A stretch of DNA of 36,589 nucleotides from an uncultured Candidatus Nitrosotenuis sp. (GTDB taxonomy: Archaea; Thermoproteota; Nitrososphaeria; Nitrososphaerales; Nitrosopumilaceae). Under the pieces are notes generated by a model. It made no database searches, was not told where the DNA came from, and saw only the letters and a list, made by a program, of their open reading frames with translations. This document shows positions 17,540 through 28,501 of the stretch, piece after piece (the stretch's first letter is position 1; every line of letters starts with the position of its first letter). The stretch lies in contig CAZCWI010000002.1 of the NCBI GenBank assembly GCA_964502325.1, forward strand, positions 1 through 36,589. Reading direction: 5' to 3'. The position numbers and the translations under genes are program-made.

Positions 17540-18079
17540 TTATTTTCCAAAAAATGGCGGCATCCATTCTTTGATAAACTGCTGAAACTCAGATTCCGTA
17601 TATGATAAAGAGTGGACGGAAACATCTGTTACCGGATTAAAGTCATACACTTCATAAGTCTGTATGATGTCGCCAAATAGATTCCTGTAGATGTCATTTT
17701 CTTCATCTGCCATTTCTTCTGACAAAAATGATTTTATTGTAATCCAATCATAGCCTCCTCTGCTTCTTCCAGAGTACATGACAAAAGGTGCATCATTGAG
17801 ATATTTTTTGAGTCCCTCGAGTCTCTTTGGCAGTGCTTGCGATGTTCTAAATCTTACAAGATCAACGCGAACAACTTTTTTTGGAATTTTTTTTGAATCT
17901 ACTAGTATGGTGTATCCTTTGATTACGCCGTCGTCCTCTAAGATTGATATTCGTGACTCTACTTCTTCTTCAGACATTCTATAACCGAAATTTCTCAAGA
18001 AATCACAAATCTCAGCAGTTTCGTATTTTGCGTTTTGACTAAGCGCAGAAATCAAAAGTTCGTCGATCTTGTCAACCAA
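17540..18079 (-). CDS. Lrp/AsnC-family transcriptional regulator
   Basis: DKIDELLISALSQNA..., RISILEDDGVIKGYTILVD, GGYDW in the RAM-like domain. Confidence 0.8.
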   Translation of the reverse strand: MVDKIDELLISALSQNAKYETAEICDFLRNFGYRMSEEEVESRISILEDDGVIKGYTILVDSKKIPKKVVRVDLVRFRTSQALPKRLEGLKKYLNDAPFVMYSGRSRGGYDWITIKSFLSEEMADEENDIYRNLFGDIIQTYEVYDFNPVTDVSVHSLSYTESEFQQFIKEWMPPFFGK

Positions 18080-18187
18080 CGTTCTTCTATCTTGGATCTT
18101 GTATATAATATTAGATGAGATGATCTAGCATTTTATTTTTAATCTAAATCCAATTTTCTTTAATATCAGTGTGCCAATAATGACACG

Positions 18188-20491
18188 TTGTTGCCTGTCT
18201 TATCTGCCGATATTGGGTACATCTTACTAATTGGCATCAGTTTGATAATGGCACTTGCTGTATTGTTGATGGTCAAGGCCGAGACTAAATGGCTAGGGAC
18301 TAGAAAAACTTCGGAGTGGTTCTATACTGCAGGTAGGACAATTAAAACTGGACTAATCGCATCTTCAATCGTATCTGCGTGGACGTGGGCAGCTACGTTG
18401 TTACAGTCCTCAACTGTGACATATCAATTTGGAATAAGCGGAGCATTCTGGTATGCAGCTGGGGCGTCAATTCAAATTTTATTATTTTCTATTCTTGCCA
18501 TAGAATTAAAACGCAAGGCTCCCGGCTCGCATACATTTCCTGAAATGCTTTACGTGCGATATGGGAAACATTCTCACAAAGTCTTTTTGTCGTTTGCATT
18601 AATGACAAATACAATAGTCACCGCAATGTTGGTCCTAGGTGGCGCAGCCGTAATCAACGCCTTAACAGGAATAAACATTACAGCCGCTGCATTTTTGATT
18701 CCAGTTGGAATCATAATCTACACTGTGTTTGGGGGCCTCAAAGCTACCCTGTTTGCCGAATACCTGAATACCACTTTCATCTTTGGAGTAATCCTGATAT
18801 TTGTAAGCGTAATTTACTTTAGCAATTCTGAGATTGGCGGAATCACTGGGATGTATGAGAAGCTTACAAACGCAGCAGTTCTCAAACCCGTTGACGGGAA
18901 TTCTATGGGTTCATATCTTACCCTGGCATCCTTGGGCGCTCTTATCTTTGGAATCATCAATATAGTTGGAAACTTTGGTTCGATATTTGTGGATCAGTCA
19001 TACTGGCAGAGAGCAATAGCTGCAAGACCAAAGGCCGCAAGTAGGGGTTTTGTCCTGGGGGGATTGGTCTGGTTTGCAATTCCGTTTACCCTGGCCACTA
19101 CTCTGGGGCTTGGTGCCATAGCTTCGGGCATATCACTTGGAATTGGTGAAGTTGAGCTTGGCCTTGTTGCCCCAGCTGCTGCCGTGCATCTAATGGGTGA
19201 TGTGGGCGCAATCTTGATTCTCTCAATACTGTTTACTGCAGTCATAGCGGCAGGCTCTTCTCAACTGATTAGCGTTTCATCTTTGATAACATATGATGTC
19301 TTTAGGACATACGTCAATCCATCTGCTACCGGCAGGTCGTTAATTCGCATATCCCAGTATGCGATTCTTGGTTTTGGGCTGGGAATGGGGCTTCTTGCGT
19401 CTATGCTATTCAAATCCGGGTTTAGCCTAAATGACGTCTATTTGATGATGGGTGTGATAATTGGATCCGCGGTGGCCCCGATTGCCTTTGGCTTGTTGTG
19501 GAAAAAAACAAATCATATCGCCGCTACTGCCGGAGCTGTTGTGGGGCTAGTTATGGGAGTTTCAAGCTGGCTGTATTTTGCAAGCTTGGAAAGTGGGCAG
19601 ATCACTGCCGCTTCCGCAGGGCAAATAATTCCGCTGTTGATCGGAAACGTGGTGTCTATAACAACCGGCTTGGCCATAACAATAATTGGCAGCATTGTCT
19701 CTCCAGACAACTTTGACTTTGGTAAACTAAAACAAAAGATCCTAGTCGTAGACGACAAGATACGCTCAATGCTCCAAAAGGACACCGATGAAAAACTGCT
19801 TGGGAAGTACGTGTCGTTTAACAAAAAAATCGGCCTGATAATTGCGCTTGTACTAGTTGTTCTGTGGCCCCTGTCTCTGATTGTCTCAAATAATGTATTT
19901 TCATTAGAGTCGTTTAAGATTTGGATTTGGTTGGCGATATCTTGGTGTGTAGGAGCTGCAGCAGTGGTGATAATCCTTCCAATCGTAGAGGCAAGAGAGA
20001 GCATTGGCCGAATCTTTTACAATATTTCAAATCCGAAACTGGACGATGACTTGCAAGATTCACGCGGTTTGGATTCTCAAATGCACCTGACAAAAATTCT
20101 TGTTCCAGTGGACGGTTCTATACGATCCCTAAAGGCCTTGAACAACGCAACTTACATGTTTAGAAACCAACAAAATGTACGAATCTATCTCTTGCACGTG
20201 ATAGATTGGTCTGACGATGACGAGGAGATGGACAATTCCCTGTCAGCGCAGATACTTGAAGAAGGAAAACTGGTCCTAAAGAGCATCATGGTTCCAAAGA
20301 CCATGAATCAATACCGAAGGATAGTAAAATTGGGCAATCCGCCCTTAAAGATAGCAGAAGTCGCTGATAAACTTGGAATAGATGTTATTGTGATGGGCAG
20401 AAAAGGGCTTGGGAATACAAAATCTGATCTAGGCCAAACGGTTCAAAAGGTGCTCTCTTCCACAACAAAACCCGTAATTTTGATTAGCTGA
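18188..20491 (+). CDS. dur3: DUR3-type urea active transporter (SSS family) fused to a C-terminal universal stress protein domain
   Basis: SAWTWAATLLQS, FWYAAGASIQ, NFGSIFVDQSYWQRAIAA; C-terminal KILVPVDGS...LLHV...GNP...DVIVMGRKG...PVILI. Confidence 0.9.
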   Translation: MLPVLSADIGYILLIGISLIMALAVLLMVKAETKWLGTRKTSEWFYTAGRTIKTGLIASSIVSAWTWAATLLQSSTVTYQFGISGAFWYAAGASIQILLFSILAIELKRKAPGSHTFPEMLYVRYGKHSHKVFLSFALMTNTIVTAMLVLGGAAVINALTGINITAAAFLIPVGIIIYTVFGGLKATLFAEYLNTTFIFGVILIFVSVIYFSNSEIGGITGMYEKLTNAAVLKPVDGNSMGSYLTLASLGALIFGIINIVGNFGSIFVDQSYWQRAIAARPKAASRGFVLGGLVWFAIPFTLATTLGLGAIASGISLGIGEVELGLVAPAAAVHLMGDVGAILILSILFTAVIAAGSSQLISVSSLITYDVFRTYVNPSATGRSLIRISQYAILGFGLGMGLLASMLFKSGFSLNDVYLMMGVIIGSAVAPIAFGLLWKKTNHIAATAGAVVGLVMGVSSWLYFASLESGQITAASAGQIIPLLIGNVVSITTGLAITIIGSIVSPDNFDFGKLKQKILVVDDKIRSMLQKDTDEKLLGKYVSFNKKIGLIIALVLVVLWPLSLIVSNNVFSLESFKIWIWLAISWCVGAAAVVIILPIVEARESIGRIFYNISNPKLDDDLQDSRGLDSQMHLTKILVPVDGSIRSLKALNNATYMFRNQQNVRIYLLHVIDWSDDDEEMDNSLSAQILEEGKLVLKSIMVPKTMNQYRRIVKLGNPPLKIAEVADKLGIDVIVMGRKGLGNTKSDLGQTVQKVLSSTTKPVILIS

Positions 20492-20807
20492 CCTTTGAAT
20501 CTATTTCCTTTTGTTTTATCCTAATTGCTTGCTTTGGCTTGTCGTCAATCATCCCCTCCAACAAAATCTCCCTTATCTGAGTAAACGCGCTTGATATGGC
20601 TGGTTCGCCTCGTATCTCTTCAAACAATCTGTCTTGAATCGTACCTACCATCTCTCTTTGACGAATTTTGCTGATCAGACTGTGTCCTAAAAATATGATA
20701 AAATCGTCGTCTGTGATCTTGTTGTTTTCCAACCTGGTGCGCATGTTTTCCCAAAGAATTTCTAGTTCATGTTCGTGTTTTTTATCATACTTTATCGTCT
20801 TTCTCAT
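20484..20807 (-). CDS. Hypothetical helical protein
   Basis: Open frame with charged helical composition; ATG 20807 preferred; stop overlaps the DUR3-USP stop region. Confidence 0.55.
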   Translation of the reverse strand: MRKTIKYDKKHEHELEILWENMRTRLENNKITDDDFIIFLGHSLISKIRQREMVGTIQDRLFEEIRGEPAISSAFTQIREILLEGMIDDKPKQAIRIKQKEIDSKVS

Positions 20808-21169
20808 GATGTTTCCAGCAAAAAAGGAAATTACGAAATTAACGTGAATCAAATCGTCCAATCGCCAGACTAGTTCTCACGAACATGCTCATGTGCCGGA
20901 AACCAACCTTGTTCAATTCCTAACTGGAATGTTCATTAAAACTTGGAAGGCAGATGATTACTTTACTTTTAGTACGTTTTCAAATTATATAATTAGTAGA
21001 CGTCGGCAGAAAACGCAACAAATTTTGATTTGAAACTTTGCTGTATGATCTTGGCTCTGCTAATAAGGCGGCGCTATTTTTATCAGTTATATAATAAAAA
21101 CAAACCATCTCTCAAGATAAGACGAGTCTTTGCCAATCTGAGCTGACTTTTGTTTTGATGTGCTACTGC

Positions 21170-22090
21170 TTAGGCTTTTCGTATCTCATGGAAATCTGAA
21201 TTGAGTATTGTTTTTCTGACTATTTTTGTTATGTCATAAACCAGCCTGAAGACCTCCCTGGTGGTGTTTCCGACAATTCGCAGCAATATTCCATTCTCTT
21301 TTGTCATGGTGGACCATCCGACCTCAATTTCTGCCGAATTTTTAATCTCGTTCTCTAAAGCATGAATTATCTTTTCAATGTAATCTGTTTTTGCCAAAAC
21401 ATACACGGTTGCCGCAATCTGTTTTTGTCCTAATAGTCCAAAACCTCGCAAATTCATTTTTTTTGGCTCGATTTTGGTGTGATCTGTAAATCTTAGTTCG
21501 TCCTTGTGGTTCTTTCCTACTGACCTGAGATAGCATATGTCGTAATCAAAAACCTCCCCCATGCCAATTCTTCCGGGGCTTATGATTTCAGAGTAGATAA
21601 TCGTGGCACTATCATGCACTTTAAAGTTGATTTCCTGATAGAACCTGGAATTTTTGTAGGGGATTATCTGATCTGGAATGAACTCAAGGTATGCATTTTC
21701 CTCAAGTGTCACATTTACCACTTGAATTGCGTTGCTGACGTTCATGCCGTAGATTCTTGTGGCGCCCTGCGTTGTTATGTGGGCTAGTGCGTTTTTTTCC
21801 AAAATTATATCGACTGCGTATTTGTCTCCCTGCAAAATTCCGCCAGAACTAGACACCATATAGACATGAGTCATCTTGGGCTGAAACTGATCATAGTACA
21901 TCTCCTTTTGGACACTGAGTGGAAACGCCGATTCTTTTTCCCTTATTCTCGTTCTTCCAGAGTGCGGCTCTACGTCCAAAATTATTTTTAACTTGCCGTT
22001 TTTTCCAGATTTGCCTACCCCAAGCTGCCTTACCTCCTCGTTGTGCTGAAGCATTTCAATTGATGTTTCTTCGGTGTTTGAAAAGTCCAA
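21170..22090 (-). CDS. ureD: Urease accessory protein UreD
   Basis: SGGILQGD, TTQGATRIY, LEFIPDQIIP, PGRIGMGEVF; position in the ure cluster. Confidence 0.92.
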   Translation of the reverse strand: MDFSNTEETSIEMLQHNEEVRQLGVGKSGKNGKLKIILDVEPHSGRTRIREKESAFPLSVQKEMYYDQFQPKMTHVYMVSSSGGILQGDKYAVDIILEKNALAHITTQGATRIYGMNVSNAIQVVNVTLEENAYLEFIPDQIIPYKNSRFYQEINFKVHDSATIIYSEIISPGRIGMGEVFDYDICYLRSVGKNHKDELRFTDHTKIEPKKMNLRGFGLLGQKQIAATVYVLAKTDYIEKIIHALENEIKNSAEIEVGWSTMTKENGILLRIVGNTTREVFRLVYDITKIVRKTILNSDFHEIRKA

Positions 22091-22098
22091 CCTGTCTG

Positions 22099-22761
22099 TT
22101 ACCTCTGCCCATCTGAAAGCGCTACTTTTGGCGGACTGTCAAAAAGGAGATCCCTGACTATGTGTTCTGATACTGCGTCTATCCCAATGTTGTTTTTACA
22201 ATTGACAAAGACATGCGGTTTGTCTTTGCGAATGCGAACCGCATCTTGTTCCATCACATCTAGGTCCGCTCCCACGTGAGGTGCAAGATCAATTTTGTTT
22301 ATCACAAGAAGGTCGCAGCTTTCTATTCCAAGGCCGCCCTTTCTTGGATATTTGTCTCCCCCTGCAACATCGATTATGTAAATGAAATAGTCTGCAAGGC
22401 TTGGACTAAACGTAGTTGTGATGTTATCTCCTCCACTTTCTATGATGATGAGATCCAACTCGGGATGTTTTTCCTCAATCTCTTCTATCACAGATATGTT
22501 AATTGACGGATCCTCCCTAATCGCAGTGTGCGGGCAGCCTCCTGTGGCAATGCCGATGACTAGGTTTTCTGGCAATAGGCCTCGCTCAGTTGCCAAGTTC
22601 TTTCTCATTCGGTCTGCATCTTCTTTTGAAATGACATCGTTTGAAATTATGCTGATGCTGTATCCCTTAGATGCCAACACTGGAACGACTCTCTCAATTA
22701 ACATGCTTTTTCCGGAGCCTACAGGCCCCCCAATCCCCAACCTTGGTATTCTCTTGATCAT
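22099..22761 (-). CDS. ureG: Urease accessory GTPase UreG
   Basis: GGPVGSGKS, TGGCPHTAIRED, ESGGDN, NKIDLA. Confidence 0.96.
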   Translation of the reverse strand: MIKRIPRLGIGGPVGSGKSMLIERVVPVLASKGYSISIISNDVISKEDADRMRKNLATERGLLPENLVIGIATGGCPHTAIREDPSINISVIEEIEEKHPELDLIIIESGGDNITTTFSPSLADYFIYIIDVAGGDKYPRKGGLGIESCDLLVINKIDLAPHVGADLDVMEQDAVRIRKDKPHVFVNCKNNIGIDAVSEHIVRDLLFDSPPKVALSDGQR

Positions 22762-22778
22762 CTGCCAAACTCCTTTGT

Positions 22779-23483
22779 TTACGTAATAAACATCTTAGAA
22801 TCCATTCTCTCATGATGCATTTGTAAAATCTCCAAGTGAGGCGCAAATTGCCAAATCTCTTTAGCAGGTTTATCCAAGCTATCGCTTACAGTTTGGCTAA
22901 CTAGCGGCTTTAGATCATGAATTATTTTTTGAGCTTGGTAATGCTGTGTTATTCCCATTCTTGACGCTGCCCCTACCACGCTTACTACAAAGCCATACAG
23001 GAACATCAAACCTGCCTTTTGGATGCCGATTCCAAGCGCATTTGCACAAAGGCCAAAGCTAACTGGGTACGTTCCACTTATCTGTCCTTTTTGATAAAGA
23101 TCCAGATACTTTTCAAGAATCTCGTCTCTGGCAAACTCGTTGACACATCTTGCTAACTGAATCCCGGATCTTTTGGAGGCCTCCCTTACCTCTTTGATGT
23201 TTTTTATCGAGTTAATTTTCATGTCTATCTCCGATATTTTGCCAAATTCTTTTTCTCTTGCGAATTTCAATGCGTTTATCATCACTATCAAATCTGTGGG
23301 GCCGACCTGCTGCCTTATCTGTGTCTCAATAATTCCTGCAACTTCAAGATGTGTGATTTTCTTATTATTTTGAAAAATGCTTTCAAGACCGTTTGAGTTG
23401 GCATAAAGTCCCGTTGGAAAAAAAGAGTCTGATATCTGCATCATGCCCAAGTCTTGGTTCATGTCGTCAATGCTCATGAACAT
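22779..23483 (-). CDS. ureF: Urease accessory protein UreF
   Basis: QISDSFFPTGLYANSNGLE, C-terminal HERMDSKMFIT. Confidence 0.93.
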   Translation of the reverse strand: MFMSIDDMNQDLGMMQISDSFFPTGLYANSNGLESIFQNNKKITHLEVAGIIETQIRQQVGPTDLIVMINALKFAREKEFGKISEIDMKINSIKNIKEVREASKRSGIQLARCVNEFARDEILEKYLDLYQKGQISGTYPVSFGLCANALGIGIQKAGLMFLYGFVVSVVGAASRMGITQHYQAQKIIHDLKPLVSQTVSDSLDKPAKEIWQFAPHLEILQMHHERMDSKMFIT

Positions 23484-23949
23484 TCATCCTCTCGTCTGGC
23501 ACGTAGATTTTTTCTTCAACACTCATCTCTATTTTTCCTATTATGGGCGCGAACAGTCTTTGGAAAACCTCCAGTTCTGATTCTGCCTGTATGGGAAACG
23601 TTACTGATCTTCCCTCTAATGAAATTGGCCTGTGCCTGTTTCCAATTATGTGGCCCAGTAACACCGCCAATTCGAAGGAATCTTCTTTTGTTTTTACCGT
23701 GATGACTTTTTCCGGAGTCTGATAAATTACTATGAAACTTTCGCCATGCTTGAGAATATCGCCATGCCGTAATTTGGAACCGCGTTCCAATACTATGGAA
23801 ACGTCAGTGCCCCCCTCAGTCGTTCTACGAAGCCTGTTTTTCTCCAAATCGTTGCGCGACATCTGCAGTTTTTCAAATGCTTTCTCCTTTAGAATATGTG
23901 ATCCATTTTCAGCAAAAATATTTCCTACAATTGACACTGAGCTTAGCAC
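23467..23949 (-). CDS. ureE: Urease nickel chaperone UreE
   Basis: RLRRTTEGG, LRHGDIL, GHIIGNRHRP, short C-terminal HEH. Confidence 0.9.
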   Translation of the reverse strand: MLSSVSIVGNIFAENGSHILKEKAFEKLQMSRNDLEKNRLRRTTEGGTDVSIVLERGSKLRHGDILKHGESFIVIYQTPEKVITVKTKEDSFELAVLLGHIIGNRHRPISLEGRSVTFPIQAESELEVFQRLFAPIIGKIEMSVEEKIYVPDERMNVHEH

Positions 23950-24033
23950 GCCAAATCTAATGCATCCTTCAAGTTATCTTTTCGTATTTTTAGGTTTTAA
24001 TTAATAAATAGAATGATTTCATACCCTATAGCA

Positions 24034-24336
24034 ATGATGTTTACCCCTAAAGATCTTGATAAACTCAGTATTTTTGTTGCAGCACAATTGGCGCAAAGAC
24101 GAAAGGAAAGAGGCTTGAAGCTAAATCACCCCGAGGCAGTTGCCTTGATCACAGATCATATCCTTGAAGGCGCACGAGATGGCAAAACAGTTTCAGAGCT
24201 TATGATCTCTGGAAACAAGGTGCTAAGAAAAGACGACGTTCTACCTGGAGTATCCGAACTTATTCATACGATTCAAGTCGAGGCCACATTTGAGGACGGA
24301 ACAAAACTCGTAACCGTGCATAACCCAATAGTGTAA
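24034..24336 (+). CDS. ureA: Urease gamma subunit
   Basis: [35 protein letters not shown]. Confidence 0.96.
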   Translation: MMFTPKDLDKLSIFVAAQLAQRRKERGLKLNHPEAVALITDHILEGARDGKTVSELMISGNKVLRKDDVLPGVSELIHTIQVEATFEDGTKLVTVHNPIV

Positions 24337-24339
24337 GAC

Positions 24340-24699
24340 ATGATTCCTGGAGAATATTTCATTTCAGACCAGCCGATAATTGCCAATGAAAATAGGAAGA
24401 CTGTAAAAATTCTAGTAACAAATACGGGTGATAGGCCGATACAGGTGGGTTCGCACACTCATTTTTTCGAGGCAAACAAGGCACTGTCTTTTGCCAGAAA
24501 AGACTCCTACGGATTTCACCTAAACATTCCTGCAGGCACATCAGTTAGATTCGAGCCCGGCGATTCCCGAGAAGTAGATCTTGTAGAATATGCCGGAAAA
24601 AGAATCGTGTTTGGGTTTTCCGGATTGGTCAACGGAAACTTGGATGAAAAAAGAGAAGAGGCCTTGAACAAAGCAAAGGAAAGAGGTTTCAAATCATGA
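24340..24699 (+). CDS. ureB: Urease beta subunit
   Basis: [29 protein letters not shown]. Confidence 0.97.
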   Translation: MIPGEYFISDQPIIANENRKTVKILVTNTGDRPIQVGSHTHFFEANKALSFARKDSYGFHLNIPAGTSVRFEPGDSREVDLVEYAGKRIVFGFSGLVNGNLDEKREEALNKAKERGFKS

Positions 24700-26408
24700 C
24701 TCTGAAAATTCCGCGAAAGACATACGTTGACCTTTTTGGCCCGACCGTGGGTGACAAGGTAAGGCTTGCCGATACTGATTTGATAATTGAGATCGAAAAA
24801 AATCTTCTCGCATATGGGGACGAAGTGGTATTTGGCGGAGGGAAAAGTGCCAGAGATGGACTAGGCCAAGCAAGCGGCGTGAAAAGAGAAAACTCACTTG
24901 ACCTTGTGATTACAAATGCAATCATTATGGATCCAATCTTGGGCATAGTCAAAGGTGACATCGGAATCAAAGACGGGGTTATCGTAGGAATCGGCAATGC
25001 CGGAAATCCAAACATAATGGATGGAATTGACATGATTATCTCATCAAACACCGAAGTGATCTCAGGGGAACATACAATTTGCACTCCAGGTGCGATCGAT
25101 ACTCACATTCATTTCATTTCGCCACAGCAAGCCACGCATGCAATTTGTAGTGGCACCACTACAATGATTGGCGGTGGGACAGGTCCGGCAGATGGCACCA
25201 ATGCCACCACCTGCACTCCCGGTTCTTGGAACATTCAAAGAATGATCGAGGCAGTTGATGATCTTCCGCTGAATTTTGGCTTCTTGGGAAAGGGCAATGA
25301 TTCACAAGAGGCTGCATTGATGGCGCAAATAGAAGGCGGCGCATGCGGTTTGAAGCTACATGAGGATTGGGGTACAACACCTGCCACCATCGATTCTGCT
25401 CTAAGGGTGGCAGACAAAACTGACACTCAGGTGGCGATTCACACCGATACCTTAAACGAATGCGGATATGTGGATGATACGATAAGCGCAATAGCTGGCA
25501 GAACCATTCACACATACCACACTGAGGGTGCTGGCGGAGGCCATGCGCCTGACATAATGAAAATTGCCGGTGAAAAAAATGTCCTGCCGTCATCGACAAA
25601 TCCGACAAGGCCTTTTACGATAAACACGCTATCCGAACACTTGGACATGATGATGGTGTGTCACCATCTCAACCCTTCCGTTCCAGAGGACGTCTCTTTT
25701 GCAGAATCAAGAATTCGAGGTGAAACCATAGCGGCTGAGGACGTCTTGCATGACATTGGAGCGCTGAGCATGATGTCCTCTGATAGCCAGGCAATGGGCC
25801 GAGTAGGCGAGGTTACTACAAGAAATTGGCAAACTGCCGACAAAATGAAAAAAATGACAGGCAGGCTTGCACAAGAGTCTGGGGAAAACGATAACCTAAG
25901 GGTGAAGCGATATCTTGCAAAAATCACAATAAATCCGGCAATCACGCATGGAATATCGCAATATGTGGGATCGCTAGAGCCTGGAAAGATTGCCGACATT
26001 GTAGTGTGGACGCCGCAATTTTTTGGCATCAAACCAAAATTGATAATCAAGGGGGGAATGATTGCATATTCTCTGATGGGGGATCCTAACGCATCCATAC
26101 CGACAACAGAACCTGTCTCCTATAGGCCTATGTTTGGATCCATGGGTGGGGCAAAGCATTCCACCTCAGTTACGTTCACATCGCAAATTGCCCTTGATCT
26201 TGGGCTGCCCTCCAAAGTCAAAACCGGTAAGAGGCTGGTTCCGGTGAAAAACTGCAGAAACATTGGCAAGAAAGATATGGTTTACAATGATCTCACGCCA
26301 AAAATCGAGATCAATTCTGAAACGTATGAGGTCAAAGTGGACGGAAAGATTGCCACTGTCGATCCAGCTGACAAAGTGTCGCTTGCAAGATTGTACAATC
26401 TCTTCTAA
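24696..26408 (+). CDS. ureC: Urease alpha subunit
   Basis: [48 protein letters not shown]. Confidence 0.98.
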   Translation: MTLKIPRKTYVDLFGPTVGDKVRLADTDLIIEIEKNLLAYGDEVVFGGGKSARDGLGQASGVKRENSLDLVITNAIIMDPILGIVKGDIGIKDGVIVGIGNAGNPNIMDGIDMIISSNTEVISGEHTICTPGAIDTHIHFISPQQATHAICSGTTTMIGGGTGPADGTNATTCTPGSWNIQRMIEAVDDLPLNFGFLGKGNDSQEAALMAQIEGGACGLKLHEDWGTTPATIDSALRVADKTDTQVAIHTDTLNECGYVDDTISAIAGRTIHTYHTEGAGGGHAPDIMKIAGEKNVLPSSTNPTRPFTINTLSEHLDMMMVCHHLNPSVPEDVSFAESRIRGETIAAEDVLHDIGALSMMSSDSQAMGRVGEVTTRNWQTADKMKKMTGRLAQESGENDNLRVKRYLAKITINPAITHGISQYVGSLEPGKIADIVVWTPQFFGIKPKLIIKGGMIAYSLMGDPNASIPTTEPVSYRPMFGSMGGAKHSTSVTFTSQIALDLGLPSKVKTGKRLVPVKNCRNIGKKDMVYNDLTPKIEINSETYEVKVDGKIATVDPADKVSLARLYNLF

Positions 26409-26512
26409 TTGTAAATCTGCCGACATCGACTAAGTGCAGCCGTTTAGAAAACCTGTTAATATAGTATTATGCAGCTTGAATCAATAAGTAAATCATTTTT
26501 GATTTCATTTTC

Positions 26513-28489
26513 GTGGGGCACAAGTTTGCGGCAACATTTGCATTTTTTGCAATAGTTTCTATCATTGCAATAACTCTGCACCAATCAGTTTATGGCGCAG
26601 GTAGCATCTCAGGTGAATTCAAGCTCGGTGAAGTACTCCCAGAGTCATACGGGTGGTTCATCGTCGTAGGTCTGGGCGCAGTTTTTGCAGTAGTAATTTC
26701 AGCTGAAATCAAAATAGAAGAACGATACCTTGGGGTGGTGGAGACCTCCGAATGGTTTAACACTGCTGGAAGGGTCATCAAAACCGGTCTTACTGCAGCC
26801 GCAATTGTTTCTGCGTGGACATGGGCTGCTACTCTTTTACAATCCTCAACAGTCGCATTCCAATATGGAATTAGTGGACCGTTCTGGTATGCGGCAGGCG
26901 CCTCAATTCAGGTACTATTATTTGGTATTTTAGCCATAGAATTGAAAAGAAAAGCGCCAAACGCACACACATTTCTCGAAATTATCCGTGCCAGATTCGG
27001 AGATGGCACCCACAGGGTCTTCCTAGTTTTCGCGCTAATGACTAACATGATTGTTACAGCAATGTTGCTTCTTGGCGGAGCTGCAGTAGTCAACGGCCTG
27101 ACTGGAATGAACATTTCGATTGCAGCATTTTTGATTCCTATCGGGGTCATGATATACACTCTAGTTGGTGGGCTAAAGGCCACTTTTGTTGCCGACTATA
27201 TCCACACCATAATCATCTTTGTCGTAATTCTGACATTTGTAACCACGGTGTACGTCACAAGTGATGTGACCGGCGGTGTTGCAGGAATGTATGATAAACT
27301 GGTAAAGGCAGCAGAACTGCACCCTGTTGAGGGCAATGCGGCAGGCGTATTTCTCACCATGGCCTCTTTAGGAGGTTTAATGTTCGGTATAATCAACATC
27401 GTAGGCAACTTCGGAACTGTCTTTGTAGACCAAGCATATTGGCAAAGAGCCATTGCAGCTCGTCCGTCTTCCACCGTTAAGGGATTCTTGCTTGGGGGCG
27501 CTTGCTGGTTTGCAATTCCGTTTACTTTAGCAACAACCATGGGACTTACTGCGGTGGCGCTAAACGTTGACCTGACCCCGCAACAAGTGCAATTGGGGCT
27601 GGTAGTTCCAGCAGCAGCATCGATACTGATGGGCGAAGTCGGGGCCATACTGGTACTTACTATGTTGTTTATGGCAGTTACCTCTGCAGGATCAGCTGAA
27701 CTTATCGCAGTATCGTCGTTAATCACTTATGATATTTACCGAACGTACAAAAATCCGAATGCGACTGGCAAACAACTCTTGAAAGTATCAAGGGCTACAA
27801 TTGTTGGGTTTGGCCTTGGAATGGGAGGACTTGCAGTAATACTGCTTGGTGCAGGACTAAGCCTTGGGTTTGTCTACTTGGCAATGGGAATTTTGATTGG
27901 TTCTGCAGTCATACCAATTGCGCTAACAATTCTGTGGAAGAGAACAAACGGAATTGCGGCAACCGCTGGCGCAATCATAGGATTGATTGTTGCGCTGGCA
28001 ACTTGGGTAGGAGTTGCAGTCTCGCTTCCAGCATATGGTGGCCAAGTGACTCTTGCAAGTCTTGGAGACAACTATTCCATGTTGTTTGGAAACATTGCAG
28101 GAATATTGACTGGTGGGGCTGTAGCAATAGTGGGAAGTCTTGCAAAATCAACCACATTCGAATGGAGCCAAATTAAGAATAAAATCACACTTGTAGATAT
28201 GACTGAAGCACAGATGGATGCGGCTGAACAAGATGAAGTGACCCTCAAAAAGGCATTCAAGTTCAGTGTTAGGGGAGGCGGGATTATGACCCTTATATTG
28301 ATAATACTCTGGCCGTTGCCGCTATTCTTTGCTGACTATGTGTTTGATTTAGGATTCTACTCCTTATGGGTGGGAATCTCAATAGTCTGGGTTAGTACTG
28401 CTGCGGGATTTATCATATTCTTGCCAATAATAGAGGCAAGAAAAGGAATCGGCAAAATATTAAGCGGGAAAAAAGCAATCCCTAAATGA
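26513..28489 (+). CDS. dur3: DUR3-type urea active transporter (SSS family), second copy
   Basis: SAWTWAATLLQS, NFGTVFVDQAYWQRAIAA; directly after ureC; N-terminal signal-like extension. Confidence 0.92.
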   Translation: MGHKFAATFAFFAIVSIIAITLHQSVYGAGSISGEFKLGEVLPESYGWFIVVGLGAVFAVVISAEIKIEERYLGVVETSEWFNTAGRVIKTGLTAAAIVSAWTWAATLLQSSTVAFQYGISGPFWYAAGASIQVLLFGILAIELKRKAPNAHTFLEIIRARFGDGTHRVFLVFALMTNMIVTAMLLLGGAAVVNGLTGMNISIAAFLIPIGVMIYTLVGGLKATFVADYIHTIIIFVVILTFVTTVYVTSDVTGGVAGMYDKLVKAAELHPVEGNAAGVFLTMASLGGLMFGIINIVGNFGTVFVDQAYWQRAIAARPSSTVKGFLLGGACWFAIPFTLATTMGLTAVALNVDLTPQQVQLGLVVPAAASILMGEVGAILVLTMLFMAVTSAGSAELIAVSSLITYDIYRTYKNPNATGKQLLKVSRATIVGFGLGMGGLAVILLGAGLSLGFVYLAMGILIGSAVIPIALTILWKRTNGIAATAGAIIGLIVALATWVGVAVSLPAYGGQVTLASLGDNYSMLFGNIAGILTGGAVAIVGSLAKSTTFEWSQIKNKITLVDMTEAQMDAAEQDEVTLKKAFKFSVRGGGIMTLILIILWPLPLFFADYVFDLGFYSLWVGISIVWVSTAAGFIIFLPIIEARKGIGKILSGKKAIPK

Positions 28490-28501
28490 TATGGTGATTA
28501 G

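Noticed and set aside
20862-21169. Intergenic region as ncRNA or NrpR-type operator
   Set aside because: Only short AT-rich palindromes and ATTCC-N5-GGAAT; no GGAA-N6-TTCC match or convincing structure seen.
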